Shown here: positions 1 to 10,749 of the stretch, piece by piece
Layout of the letters: every line of letters begins with the position of its first letter
How positions within the stretch are numbered: the stretch's first letter is position 1
NCBI GenBank assembly: GCA_002269645.1
Contig: NIVC01003048.1
Location: 1 to 41,290, forward strand
DNA length: 41,290 bases
Reading direction: 5' to 3'
Origin: Macrostomum lignano
Taxonomy: Eukaryota
Made by a program: the position numbers and the translations under genes
The notes under the pieces: generated by a model
Seen by the model: only the letters and a program-made list of their open reading frames with translations
What the model was told of the DNA's origin: nothing
Databases searched by the model: none

Positions 1-2210
1 TACAGAACAGACCAACAGACAGCCACAGCACCATTAAAGGACAATACAGAACAGACCAACAGACAGCCACAGCACCATTAAAGGACAATACAGAACAGAC
101 CAACAGACAGCCACAGCACCATTAAAGGACAATACAGAACAGACCAACAGACAGCCACAGCACCATTAAAGGACAATACAGAACAGACCAACAGACAGCC
201 ACAGCACCATTAAAGGACAATACAGAACAGACCAACAGACAGCCACAGCACCATTAAAGGACAATACAGAACAGACCAACAGACAGCCACAGCACCATTA
301 AAGGACAATACAGAACAGACCAACAGACAGCCACAGCACCATTAAAGGACAATACAGAACAGACCAACAGACAGCCACAGCACCATTAAAGGACAATACA
401 GAACAGACCAACAGACAGCCACAGCACCATTAAAGGACAATACAGAACAGACCAACAGACAGCCACAGCACCATTAAAGGACAATACAGAACAGACCAAC
501 AGACAGCACAGCACCATTAAAGGACAATACAGAACAGACCAACAGACAGCCACAGCACCATTAAAGGACAATACAGAACAGACCAACAGACAGCCACAGC
601 ACCATTAAAGGACAATACAGAACAGACCAACAGACAGCCACAGCACCATTAAAGGACAATACAGAACAGACCAACAGACAGCCACAGCACCATTAAAGGA
701 CAATACAGAACAGACCAACAACAGCCACAGCACCATTAAAGGACAATACAGAACAGACCAACAGACAGCCACAGCACCATTAAAGGACAATACAGAACAG
801 ACCAACAGACAGCCACAGCACCATTAAAGGACAATACAGAACAGACCAACAGACAGCCACAGCACCATTAAAGGACAATACAGAACAGACCAACAGACAG
901 CCACAGCACCATTAAAGGACAATACAGAACAGACCAACAGACAGCCACAGCGCCATTAAAGGACAATACAGAACAGACCAACAGACAGCCACAGCGCCAT
1001 TAAAGGACAATACAGAACAGACCAACAGACAGCCACAGCGCCATTAAAGGACAATACAGAACAGACCAACAGACAGCCACAGCGCCATTAAAGGACAATA
1101 CAGAACAGACCAACAGACAGCCACAGCACCATTAAAGGACAATACAGAACAGACCAACAGACAGCCACAGCACCATTAAAGGACAATACAGAACAGACCA
1201 ACAGACAGCCACAGCACCATTAAAGGACAATACAGAACAGACCAACAGACAGCCACAGCACCATTAAAGGACAATACAGAACAGACCAACAGACAGCCAC
1301 AGCACCATTAAAGGACAATACAGAACAGACCAACAGACAGCCACAGCACCATTAAAGGACAATACAGAACAGACCAACAGACAGCCACAGCACCATTAAA
1401 GGACAATACAGAACAGACCAACAGACAGCCACAGCACCATTAAAGGACAATACAGAACAGACCAACAGACAGCCACAGCACCATTAAAGGACAATACAGA
1501 ACAGACCAACAGACAGCCACAGCACCATTAAAGGACAATACAGAACAGACCAACAGACAGCCACAGCACCATTAAAGGACAATACAGAACAGACCAACAG
1601 ACAGCCACAGCACCATTAAAGGACAATACAGAACAGACCAACAGACAGCCACAGCACCATTAAAGGACAATACAGAACAGACCAACAGACAGCCACAGCA
1701 CCATTAAAGGACAATACAGAACAGACCAACAGACAGCCACAGCACCATTAAAGGACAATACAGAACAGACCAACAGACAGCCACAGCACCATTAAAGGAC
1801 AATACAGGACAGACCAACAGACAGCCACAGCACCATTAAAGGACAATACAGGACAGACCAACAGACAGCCACAGCACCATTAAAGGACAATACAGGACAG
1901 ACCAACAGACAGCCACAGCACCATTAAAGGACAATACAGGACAGACCAACAGACAGCCACAGCACCATTAAAGGACAATACAGGACAGACCAACAGACAG
2001 CCACAGCACCATTAAAGGACAATACAGGACAGACCAACAGACAGCCACAGCACCATTAAAGGACAATACAGGACAGACCAACAGACAGCCACAGCACCAT
2101 TAAAGGACAATACAGGACAGACCAACAGACAGCCACAGCACCATTAAAGGACAATACAGGACAGACCAGACAGCCACAACACCATTAATGTACAATACAG
2201 GACAGACAGA
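1..2210. repeat. Tandem satellite, 44-bp unit (TACAGAACAGACCAACAGACAGCCACAGCACCATTAAAGGACAA), about 50 copies, runs off the left edge
   Basis: Period 44 read directly (TACAGA at 1 and 45). Variant blocks: CGCCATT at about 950-1085 and TACAGGAC from about 1801. Degenerate end at about 2160-2220. Confidence 0.97.
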
Positions 2211-3507
2211 CCACAGCACAAATGAGCAATCCCTGAATGTTAGTATCTCAGGTTAAGCATTATCAAAAAGCACAATCTAGGAACGTGCCCGAAGTGTCTA
2301 CCAGGTTGTACTATTCTCTCTGGTTCTGACGTACTGACGTTTTAATTTACTAAACTCTTTCATTAGACCAATGCATAGGCAGCGACTAGAAGTTTTTAGT
2401 TAAAAAACCAGCAGTTGTTGACTAAGACAAATCATGTCAGGATTATGGGTGTTCGGGATAGCCATTTCTCGGGGGTTTCAGGGTCAACCCCGATCCCGAA
2501 CATCTTTCGGGAACCCCGAAAACCCCACCGGTAATTTACACGAATTTACTTAACTAAGGCAGGGGATCAGCACCAAGTGTAATAAATGCTTTTGTGCATA
2601 CATCTGTTAGTTCTGGTTTAGCCAAGTAAACTAGTAGCTTATGTTCAGGCAGCAAATGAAGGATGAGTTTCAGCCTTCTTAAGTTACATTTCTCCATTCA
2701 GTCTGGTTCTCTGACCAGCTCCTAAATTTCGAATTTCGCTTAATTCCTTTGAATGCAAAAAAATCAACATTACGTGTGCTGGCCTACTACAATAGCCAAG
2801 AAAGAAAATTGCTTTGACGACAATACTTACGACTTTTGGCTTACTTCAGTTCAGTGTAAAATTAATGTCGAATGTATTTAGGAAAAATAAATGTTTTGAT
2901 TGTTTTCCAATATTAAATTTTTGTCAATAAAGCGTTAAAAAACTTAAAATCCGATGAACTGCTGTTAGCTAGGCTAAGAGGTAAAAAACAAAAATTGGCA
3001 GCAGTCGCCTGAGCGGAACCAGGCGTGCATACAGAGTTTAAAACAGAAAACTACAAATTTCCATGGATTTTTTGTAATTCTATTGGAATTTAGAAACATT
3101 TTTAAACCATGAAAACCCTTTCAACTGTTCTGGAATAGCAGCGTGCAACAAGAGACGAAGCGTGCTAAAAAAGCGATCCACGGATGTGACAAGAACGTCA
3201 GTCAAGGTTGTAATATTCTTTCTGGTATCAAATTTTCTTTTTCTTATAATAGCATATTTCCATTTTCATTTCACTGATGCATTGTAGTCGTTGTTGAAAA
3301 AAACTTGACGGACTCGATTCAAGGCACTCCGTAGTACTGGATAAATTGTGTCAAGGTAATTATATCAGGTAGATTTGTAAGCAAACTTGGTAATTGTTCC
3401 GATTATTGAACTTATGAGAGGGTAACAATAGCGTTGATACATTGGATACAGTATTAACGAACTTTTAAATAACAATTAAATCAGCCTTTACTATTCTACT
3501 AACTCTA

Positions 3508-3615
3508 ATGAGTCTACGGTTTATAGTGAGTCTACGGTTTCTACTGAGTCTACAAAGTCTACTGAGTATACTGAGTCTACGGTTTCTACTGAGTCTACTA
3601 CCGGTAAGTCTACTG
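3508..3615. repeat. Short degenerate GAGTCTAC-based tandem repeat downstream of atlastin-like gene 1
   Basis: Repeated GAGTCTACGGTTT(C)TACT / GAGTCTACT units. Confidence 0.75.
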
Positions 3616-3736
3616 AGCATACTATTCTCAGCAGAAAAAAGACAGCCACACAGAACCCAAGTCTCTGAAAAAGTTTGGAGCCTGAACTATTTTGGGTAAA
3701 TAAGAACCACAAAAATTCACCTTATTCTGCCGATGA

Positions 3737-5398
3737 TCACTGGATTGAACATCCACCGCCTCGTGGCGCTGCTGCCGCCTCGTGGCGGATACTCTCACAC
3801 CTCATTCTTTCACGCTCTTCCAGCCTCGCATTTTCGATCTTAAGGTTTATAAGCTCAATCTGTGCAGCGGAACTTTGAGCACTCATGGTTTGCATCTGAC
3901 TTATCTGCCTCCTTAGCTCGTTATTCTTCTCCTCCATCTTTATTCGAGCAACGTCTTGTTTGAGCGCTTCTTCCTGCAGCTTCCTCTCCATCTCCTCTTT
4001 GGAAATGCTCTCCGACTTGATCTGCTCGATTGTTGTCTTGAATGTGGCTTCCATCTCCTGCATCTGCTTCTGCCGGTCTTGAGTCTGCTGCTTTAGGCCC
4101 TCCATCTCGCCCTTCAGCAAGTCCGACTTCTTCTCGGCCGTTAGCTTCTCCGATCTGAGCTGCCTGTTCAGGACAGCCTTGTCTTTCAGCTCGGTTAGGT
4201 CATCTTGGAGCTTCTTTTTCGCTTTCCGGACTTCAGACGAGTCGCTCTCCATGCACTTGGAGTTGAAAGCATCCAGCGCCTCCTTTGAAGCTTCATCAAC
4301 TGCCGCTTGAAACTCTTCGTCACTCTTCGCTGGATCCAAAAAGCTCTTGACTTTGTCTTCGAACAGTCTTTTTGAGTTTGAAGCAGCGGTCATGTTGACC
4401 ATCTCGACAGTGGCGGAGAAAACACTCGACGGAGTTGGCATCCTGCCGCTGCTGAAAGCCTCAAAGTAAACCTCCATGAAGTCGATGAGCTCGCTGCCAG
4501 AGAGCTCATTGCCGTTGACTTTCTTAACTGTGATGTTCTCTGGAGCGGCGATCTTCTCAACAAAGCTCTCGATTTCTTCAACAAACTCCGTCTCTAGTCT
4601 CTGGACATCGCCCGTGAATTTAGAGTCTCTCACTGCTTTGCCTGGATGAGGCAGCAGATAGCAGGAAGCCTTCTCGAAGTGCTTCTTGATTCCCTCTCGT
4701 AGCTCTTTGTTTTCTTGTGGCCTGTCAGCACTACAGTCGAGAACGGTTGACAAGTACTCGCTTCCACCTTCTTCTCCATACTGATGCTCATCTGGGAATT
4801 GCCAGTCTCTGATCAGAAACCACAGATGCTGCAGAGCCTTTCCCTCTGAGCTCTTTGCCAAAGCCGCGAACTCAACGAACAGGCGCAGATTCTGCAGATC
4901 CGCCTCGGAGATGTTCTGCGAAAGGTTGAAGATCTGCACGGAGCTCAGCAGCGTGCTGAACGCAAAGATGGTCGTGCAGTCCTGCTGAGTCGTCTGGTGA
5001 TCGAACGTGCCCTGAGTGTCCATCAGCAGCACGGCCACCTCTTGTCCGTCGGGCTTGCGGATGAAGAACGGCTGCGACCAGAGAAGAATTCCAGTCGTAT
5101 CTCGCTTGGATCCGGACTTCCAGTGGAATCCGCTTCTATGATGGTCATCCGAGTTAATCCAGTCTTCTGTGTTTCCACTTACCAGGGCGGTCAGGTAGCG
5201 CAGAAAGAAGTTGAGCAAGAAGGACTTGCCTTTTCGGAAGGCTCCGGCCACGCAGATGATGGCGATCTTCGCTTTCAACATTCGGTCAAGGTCTTTGACC
5301 TGTGCTGAGATCTTAGGATTCAAACTAAATCCGGTATTTTTCTCATCAGGAATGATGAGTTGTATTGCGGTAGCAGTGGTTTCAGTTGGGCTCGCCAT
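3737..5398 (-). CDS. Atlastin/GBP-family large GTPase, copy 1 (intronless, 553 aa): atlastin-type G domain, helical middle domain, coiled coil, C-terminal CaaX (CSIQ), no TM segment
   Basis: G1 GAFRKGKS, G2 RDTTGI, G3 DTQG, G4 LIRDW, and an atlastin-like middle domain (KKVNGNELSG...ATVEMVN). The first ATG is at 5398; the ORF-track start at 5425 is a TTG. Confidence 0.9.
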   Translation of the reverse strand: MASPTETTATAIQLIIPDEKNTGFSLNPKISAQVKDLDRMLKAKIAIICVAGAFRKGKSFLLNFFLRYLTALVSGNTEDWINSDDHHRSGFHWKSGSKRDTTGILLWSQPFFIRKPDGQEVAVLLMDTQGTFDHQTTQQDCTTIFAFSTLLSSVQIFNLSQNISEADLQNLRLFVEFAALAKSSEGKALQHLWFLIRDWQFPDEHQYGEEGGSEYLSTVLDCSADRPQENKELREGIKKHFEKASCYLLPHPGKAVRDSKFTGDVQRLETEFVEEIESFVEKIAAPENITVKKVNGNELSGSELIDFMEVYFEAFSSGRMPTPSSVFSATVEMVNMTAASNSKRLFEDKVKSFLDPAKSDEEFQAAVDEASKEALDAFNSKCMESDSSEVRKAKKKLQDDLTELKDKAVLNRQLRSEKLTAEKKSDLLKGEMEGLKQQTQDRQKQMQEMEATFKTTIEQIKSESISKEEMERKLQEEALKQDVARIKMEEKNNELRRQISQMQTMSAQSSAAQIELINLKIENARLEERERMRCESIRHEAAAAPRGGGCSIQ

Positions 5399-5639
5399 CG
5401 CAAATATTAAAAAGCTTTTCTTCAAACAACTTTAGCTCAGGCGTGACTCTTGGTACACTGGACTAACAACTTGTTTCCGTCACAGGCTACTTTATACCTT
5501 GAAGAGTTTCTGCTAATAGATTTGGTCTGGCTGCAACTTTAAACTCAAGTGTTCGAGCGCACTGCGTTCCTTGTTTTATAGCTCTTAGTGAACTTCTGAA
5601 AAGCGAAGTTTCCTTTTTCTACTGTACTGTTTACGAAGT

Positions 5640-6150
5640 AGAATCGAAGTTTCCTTACCGCAAGTACACTGGTTAAAAGGGAAGTTCCCTCTCCGCAAGT
5701 ACACTGATTAAAAGGGAAGTTCTCTCTCCGCAAGTACACTGGATAAAAAGGAAGTTCCATCTCCGCAAGTACACTGGTTAAAAGGGAAGTTCTCTCTCCG
5801 CAAGTACACTGGTTAAAAAGGAAGTTCCATCTCCGCAAGTACACTGGTTAAAAGGGAAGTTCTCTCTCCGCAAGTACACTGGTTAAAAGGGAAGTTCTCT
5901 CTCCGCAAGTACACTGGTTAAAAGTGAGGTTCCCTCTCCGCAAGTACACTGGTTAAAAGGGAAGTTCTCTCTCCGCAAGTACACTGGTTAAAAGTGAAGT
6001 TACATTTCTGCAAGTGCATTGGTTAAAAGTGAAGTTCTCTCTCCGCAAGTACACTGGTTAAAGGGAAGTTCCATCTCTACAAGTCCACTGATCAGAAGTG
6101 AAGCTCGATCTCTGCAAGTGCACTGGTTAAAAGTGAAGTTCCTTTTCTGC
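5640..6150. repeat. 35-bp minisatellite (CCGCAAGTACACTGGTTAAAAGGGAAGTTCTCTCT), about 14 copies, upstream of atlastin-like copy 1
   Basis: CCGCAAGT at 5763, 5798 and 5833 gives period 35. Confidence 0.92.
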
Positions 6151-7287
6151 AACTCAGATATCATATGAAATAGACGTCGTATCACGTGACCCTGCTTACT
6201 AAAGTTTTGGACGAAAGGAAATTTAAATTGATCCCCTTCCTCACCCTAACAATTTTGATAGATATGTGCTAAGATTTACTCAGCTGCCGGGGCTCCGGGA
6301 ATCCGGATACAGCGATGTGGCGTTGACGCCCATTCCGCTAACCCCTGGCAACAGCGGGCGGCTAGTGCTGCGGTGTTGTGCAGGTAGATCCGGTTGCGCC
6401 AGTGTTCATAGGTCACTGAAAGGCAAATGGGGGCTAAGGCAAGAGACTGCTGGGCCGTAACCCCAAACCCAACAGCAAGCCAAAAGATAGCGACCAGGAG
6501 TGGCTTAAGCTCTTACTGGAACGACCGCTAGCAACTGAGAAACTCTTCGGCTAAGATCCTGGATTGGAATAACCAGAGGCCAAACCAAAGGTCCATCAGC
6601 ATGGTACTACACTGGGCCCTTGAGAGAGACAGAGAGGCTGTCTCCGGGGCCTGCAGACAAGCCGCGCACCCAAACAGAGGAATTTTGCCAAATTTTGACA
6701 CAACTGGAAAAATGACGGAATTGCCAAAAACGCCTCCCTGAATGCATGCACCAAAGCCCAGCACCGCCAGCAACAGATATTACCGTAAAATTCCAACAAC
6801 TTTTATAATTGGCGTTGTGAGAGCATTCAGTGCATTCATTATTTGCATTAATGAGAACCGAAGTTCCTTTTCTGCTAAAGTGCACTGTTTAGAAGCCAAG
6901 CAGTTCTTCTGCATCAAATCTTCTGCATCAGCCAGTTTTTTTCCCAAGGCTGGAATTCCTGACAATGTTTCGCTTCGCCGGAACCGAGAAAGTCCGGCAA
7001 ACTGTTTTGTTGCACGGAAAGAAGAATGTACTCAAAAAAATTGAGAAGAAAACTTCTAAAACAAGAATGTAACACGAAGGCTCTGACCACAACCCTCCTG
7101 CGACTAAACTTTTATTTAAGGCAAAATAAGAAACAGTTTCTCGTAATAGGCTTATATTTAGATAAGCGAAAGTCCTTGATTTTTGTCTCTGTAAGCATAA
7201 GGCTACAAGTTAATGTTTTAAAATAGTCAACTTACTAACGCACTAGTTAAAAATCGTAAGAACGTTTGTGCAGAATAACTCTCAGCC

Positions 7288-9092
7288 TCACTGCTGTTTG
7301 CATCTCTTGTCGAGCTTGCCGACTTCAGAATCTTCTGTTATTTGGTTTTCTTGAGCATCTGGTCTCTCTCTGTCTTGTGCGATCCCAGATGCCTGGGCTC
7401 GATGCCTTCTATCCGTTCTTTCGTAGTGCTCGTACTCAGCGATGTAGCCTTCTTTTATTTCCTCTGTGCTCAACTTCAAATCATCATGGTGTCTTCTCTC
7501 CTCTTCTGTCTTCCTTCTCGATGGCTCCAGTCTCGATTCCATGGTCCTACGTTGCTCCTCCACCATCGCTTCACTGGCTTGCTTTTGTAGCTCGGCAAGT
7601 TTCGATGTCAATTGCAGGTTTTCCTGCTCCATTTTCCACTGGTTGATCTGGTGCTGCATGCTCTCCTTCTGCAACTTTTTCTCGAATTCGTCTCTTGATG
7701 CCATACCCTGCGAAAGCTCTTTCATGCTCTGCTGGAACCTCTGCTCCATCTCAACCATTCGTCTCGCAACCTCCTCGTTGTCCTTGTGCAGACTCTCGAT
7801 GTCATTGGCGAGCATCTGGTTTCTCTCCTCCTCGGCAATCTTTTCGGATCGCAGCTGGTTCATGAGTCGGTGATGTTGCGACTGCTGCTGAAGGTCTTCT
7901 TCAAGACCCGCCCGGCAGTCAGCCGTGGCTTCAGAGCTCTTCTGCATGCAGTTCTTGTCAAAGTAGGCCAGCGCTTCCAGAGTCGCTGCACCGAGTAGGC
8001 TCTCGAACTCTTCGTCAGTGACCGCGGCTGCTGGATCGACTCGTGAGGCCACTTTCTGTTCGAACAGCTCTTTGGATGCCTTCGACACGGCCAGGTTCGT
8101 CAAGTCCACGGTGGCCGACAGGATGGTGCGCGATGACGGAAGCCTTCCGCTGCGAAAAGCCTCGTAATAGACTTCGGCGAAGGTTATCAGCTCGGAGCCC
8201 GTCAGCGCTCTCCCGTTGACGGCCTTGGAAGCGAGGCACTCAGGTGACAATATTCTAGCGGCAAGTTTATCGATCTCCGCCAGAAACTCCGGGCTGATTT
8301 TGTCCAGCTCTCCGTGAAAATCCTTTCTGGTAACAGCGAATCCGGGATGTGGCAGAAGGCAGCAAGACGTGTTTTCAAAAAACTTTCGGATGCCCTGCCG
8401 AAGCTCCAAGTTTTCCATTGGCTTTTTCGGATCGCACTCCAGGACCTTGTCAAGGTACTGGCGTCCGCCTTCTACACCGAACTCGTACTCATCAGGGTAC
8501 TGCCAGTCTCTGATGAGGAACCACAGATGCTGGAGCACAGAGTCCTGCGAGTCCGAAGCGATCGATGCGAACTCGACAAATAGTCGGAGGTGCTGCAGAT
8601 CTGTCTCCTGGATGTTCTGCGAGATGTTGAAGATCTGACTGAGCTCAGCAGCGTGCTGAAGGCAAAGATTGAGGTGCAGTCCTGCTGAGTGGACTGGTGA
8701 TCGAATGTGCCCTGAGTGTCCATCAGTAGCACGGCCACCTCTTGTCCGTCGGGCTTGCGGATGAAGAACGGCTCGGACCAGATGAGGATCCCGGTGGTGT
8801 CTCTCTCGCTCCCGGATCTCCAGTGGAATCCGTCTGAGAGCCTCTCGTCGGACCGAAGCCACTGCGAAGCATCGCCGCAACTCGCGGCCTTCAAGAAGCG
8901 AAGAAAAAAGTTGAGCAGGAATGACTTGCCCTTGCGAAAGGCTCCGGCAACGCTGATCACAGCAACCTTGCTCTTCTGGAGCCGGTCAGCGGACTGCATC
9001 TCCGCCCAGATGTTTTGGTTCAGTCGAAACCTCTCTGCCCCGGATTCGGTCTCGACCAGAGTTGTGAGTTGCACCGGATGTGGGACCTCCAT
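7288..9092 (-). CDS. Atlastin/GBP-family large GTPase, copy 2 (intronless, about 600 aa if repaired), 1-bp frameshift near 8637, ends in CKQQ; either a pseudogene or an assembly error
   Basis: The N-terminal frame (GAFRKGKS, RDTTGI, DTQG) switches at LLSSV to the frame carrying QIFNISQNI...LIRDW...RCKQQ*. Copy 1 reads TCC GTG CAG ATC where copy 2 reads TCA GT- CAG ATC. The likely ATG is 9092 (MEVPHP); an upstream in-frame ATG lies at 9137. Confidence 0.85.
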
Positions 9093-10749
9093 TAGGCTTC
9101 GATCTGGCTGTCTGGAAGTATAGAAATTGTCATGCAATCAATGAGCTACAGCAGCTATTGAAGTGGAATGTGCCACCACCCACTTACTTGATTTTGCTGA
9201 TTATGCTGACGAACTTTCCCGTACTAGCAATCGCACTGGGAGCAGCTTTCATGGGGTGTTAAAATACCTAAATAGAAAAGCAATGGGGGGCAGCAGTGTG
9301 CAGTGCTTGAGTACAGTTTGCCAGCCAATCGCATGATTCGCCCTAATTTTATGCGCAGTGAGAGAACTGAAGTTCCCTTTTCTGCCTCGAAATAAAGCGT
9401 TCACAAGTGACTACTTAGTCGGGTAGAAGAAGTATCGGAAACATGCATGTAAGTCCAAGCTATCTTGTTTGCTTTTTTGGATCCTATTCTCTAAGCCAGA
9501 GATTTTGTTGATATGACAGCCGTAAAATCAAGAAATTTACGACACAAAAACCGACCGAAGATAGTTGGCTTGTGTTCAAATGACAAACTTCGATTTTGCG
9601 GAAGAATCTGCAAATAACAATATTCTGAATATTCGCCTAAAGTAAAATTTGCTCAAATTTTTATCATGGAGAATGCACTAGCCCCTCTATTGTAGTTAAA
9701 ATATTTTAATGTTAAAAAATTTACGAGCGTAATAACAACTTCAGAAGCGAACTGTTTGAAGCTTCTATTTCTGACTCTTACAGGGCCTTTACGGCGGTTT
9801 TCAAAACACCGAGCCTCACTCCCGTGAAAATGCGAATAGTTACTATGTGTCCTTAAACACCAAAGTAGAACTTTGCAATGTGTTTAAAATAAAATTCAAT
9901 ATTACTCGTAGATTTGCTTACTTTCAGTAGAGTTGTCAACATCTTGGCATTATTTTGTTTTCTTTTACTTACATTCACTCGGCTTTTTGATATAATTGCA
10001 AACTGACGGTGCAAAACTGTGACCAATGAAGTCAGAGCTGATGCAGGCTCATGTGGCCGACGTACTGATGAAACTGGAAGGCTTGGCAAGGCTGCACTGT
10101 GACGCAGTGCTGATTGGTGCACAGGAGTGCATTGAATACACTGGCGCTTATGAGAAAAAGCTACCTTCTAGAAAAACTGTTGAATATCTCGAAGGTCCGG
10201 AGGGCTGGTGACTTGATTTTTGTTTGAGAAGGTGCGCAAGAAAGTTAGCCCCGTGTTCATAAATTTTCCGTTCCACCCCATTTGGTAGTTCTACTGTTAA
10301 GAACCCGTTACAGAACTTTGAGCAATAATTTCAAAAGTCAACTTACTTGAGCAATTAGAGAAGTTTACATCAAGCTGAAATTCTTTGGAGCTAAAAGAAG
10401 CATAAATCAATAAATATCACTGCAACCAAGCTTCAGTAAATCTGTGCTTACCTTACTTTCTCGTATTTTAATTGGTTTAATCTTCCGAAAAATTGCTACA
10501 AATTAAAACACTAATAATAGAATTTAGTCATGAGTAGTTTTGCTAGAATGATTGATGCTAATTCAGAGCAACATGCTGCATTGAACTGAGGCATCCAAAT
10601 TAGAGATGAACAATTAAAGCTCAGAAAAAGTTCACATAGAAGTTCAGTTTATAAAAAGTTATTACAGAAATTGCCGTTAGCAAAATCGGACTCGTTCTTG
10701 CTACCGTCAAGCCAGTCAAGCTTAAATTTGCGTTCAGCTCAGTTTTCGA

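Noticed and set aside
1-2210. Regular repeats that could be mistaken for a CRISPR array, and the ORFs at 386-805
   Set aside because: The units are head-to-tail with no unique spacers, there are no cas genes, and the context is eukaryotic. The ORFs are translations of the repeat.
6266-7226. Several short ORFs between the two GTPase genes
   Set aside because: They overlap on both strands with no recognisable domain; possibly decayed repeat sequence.
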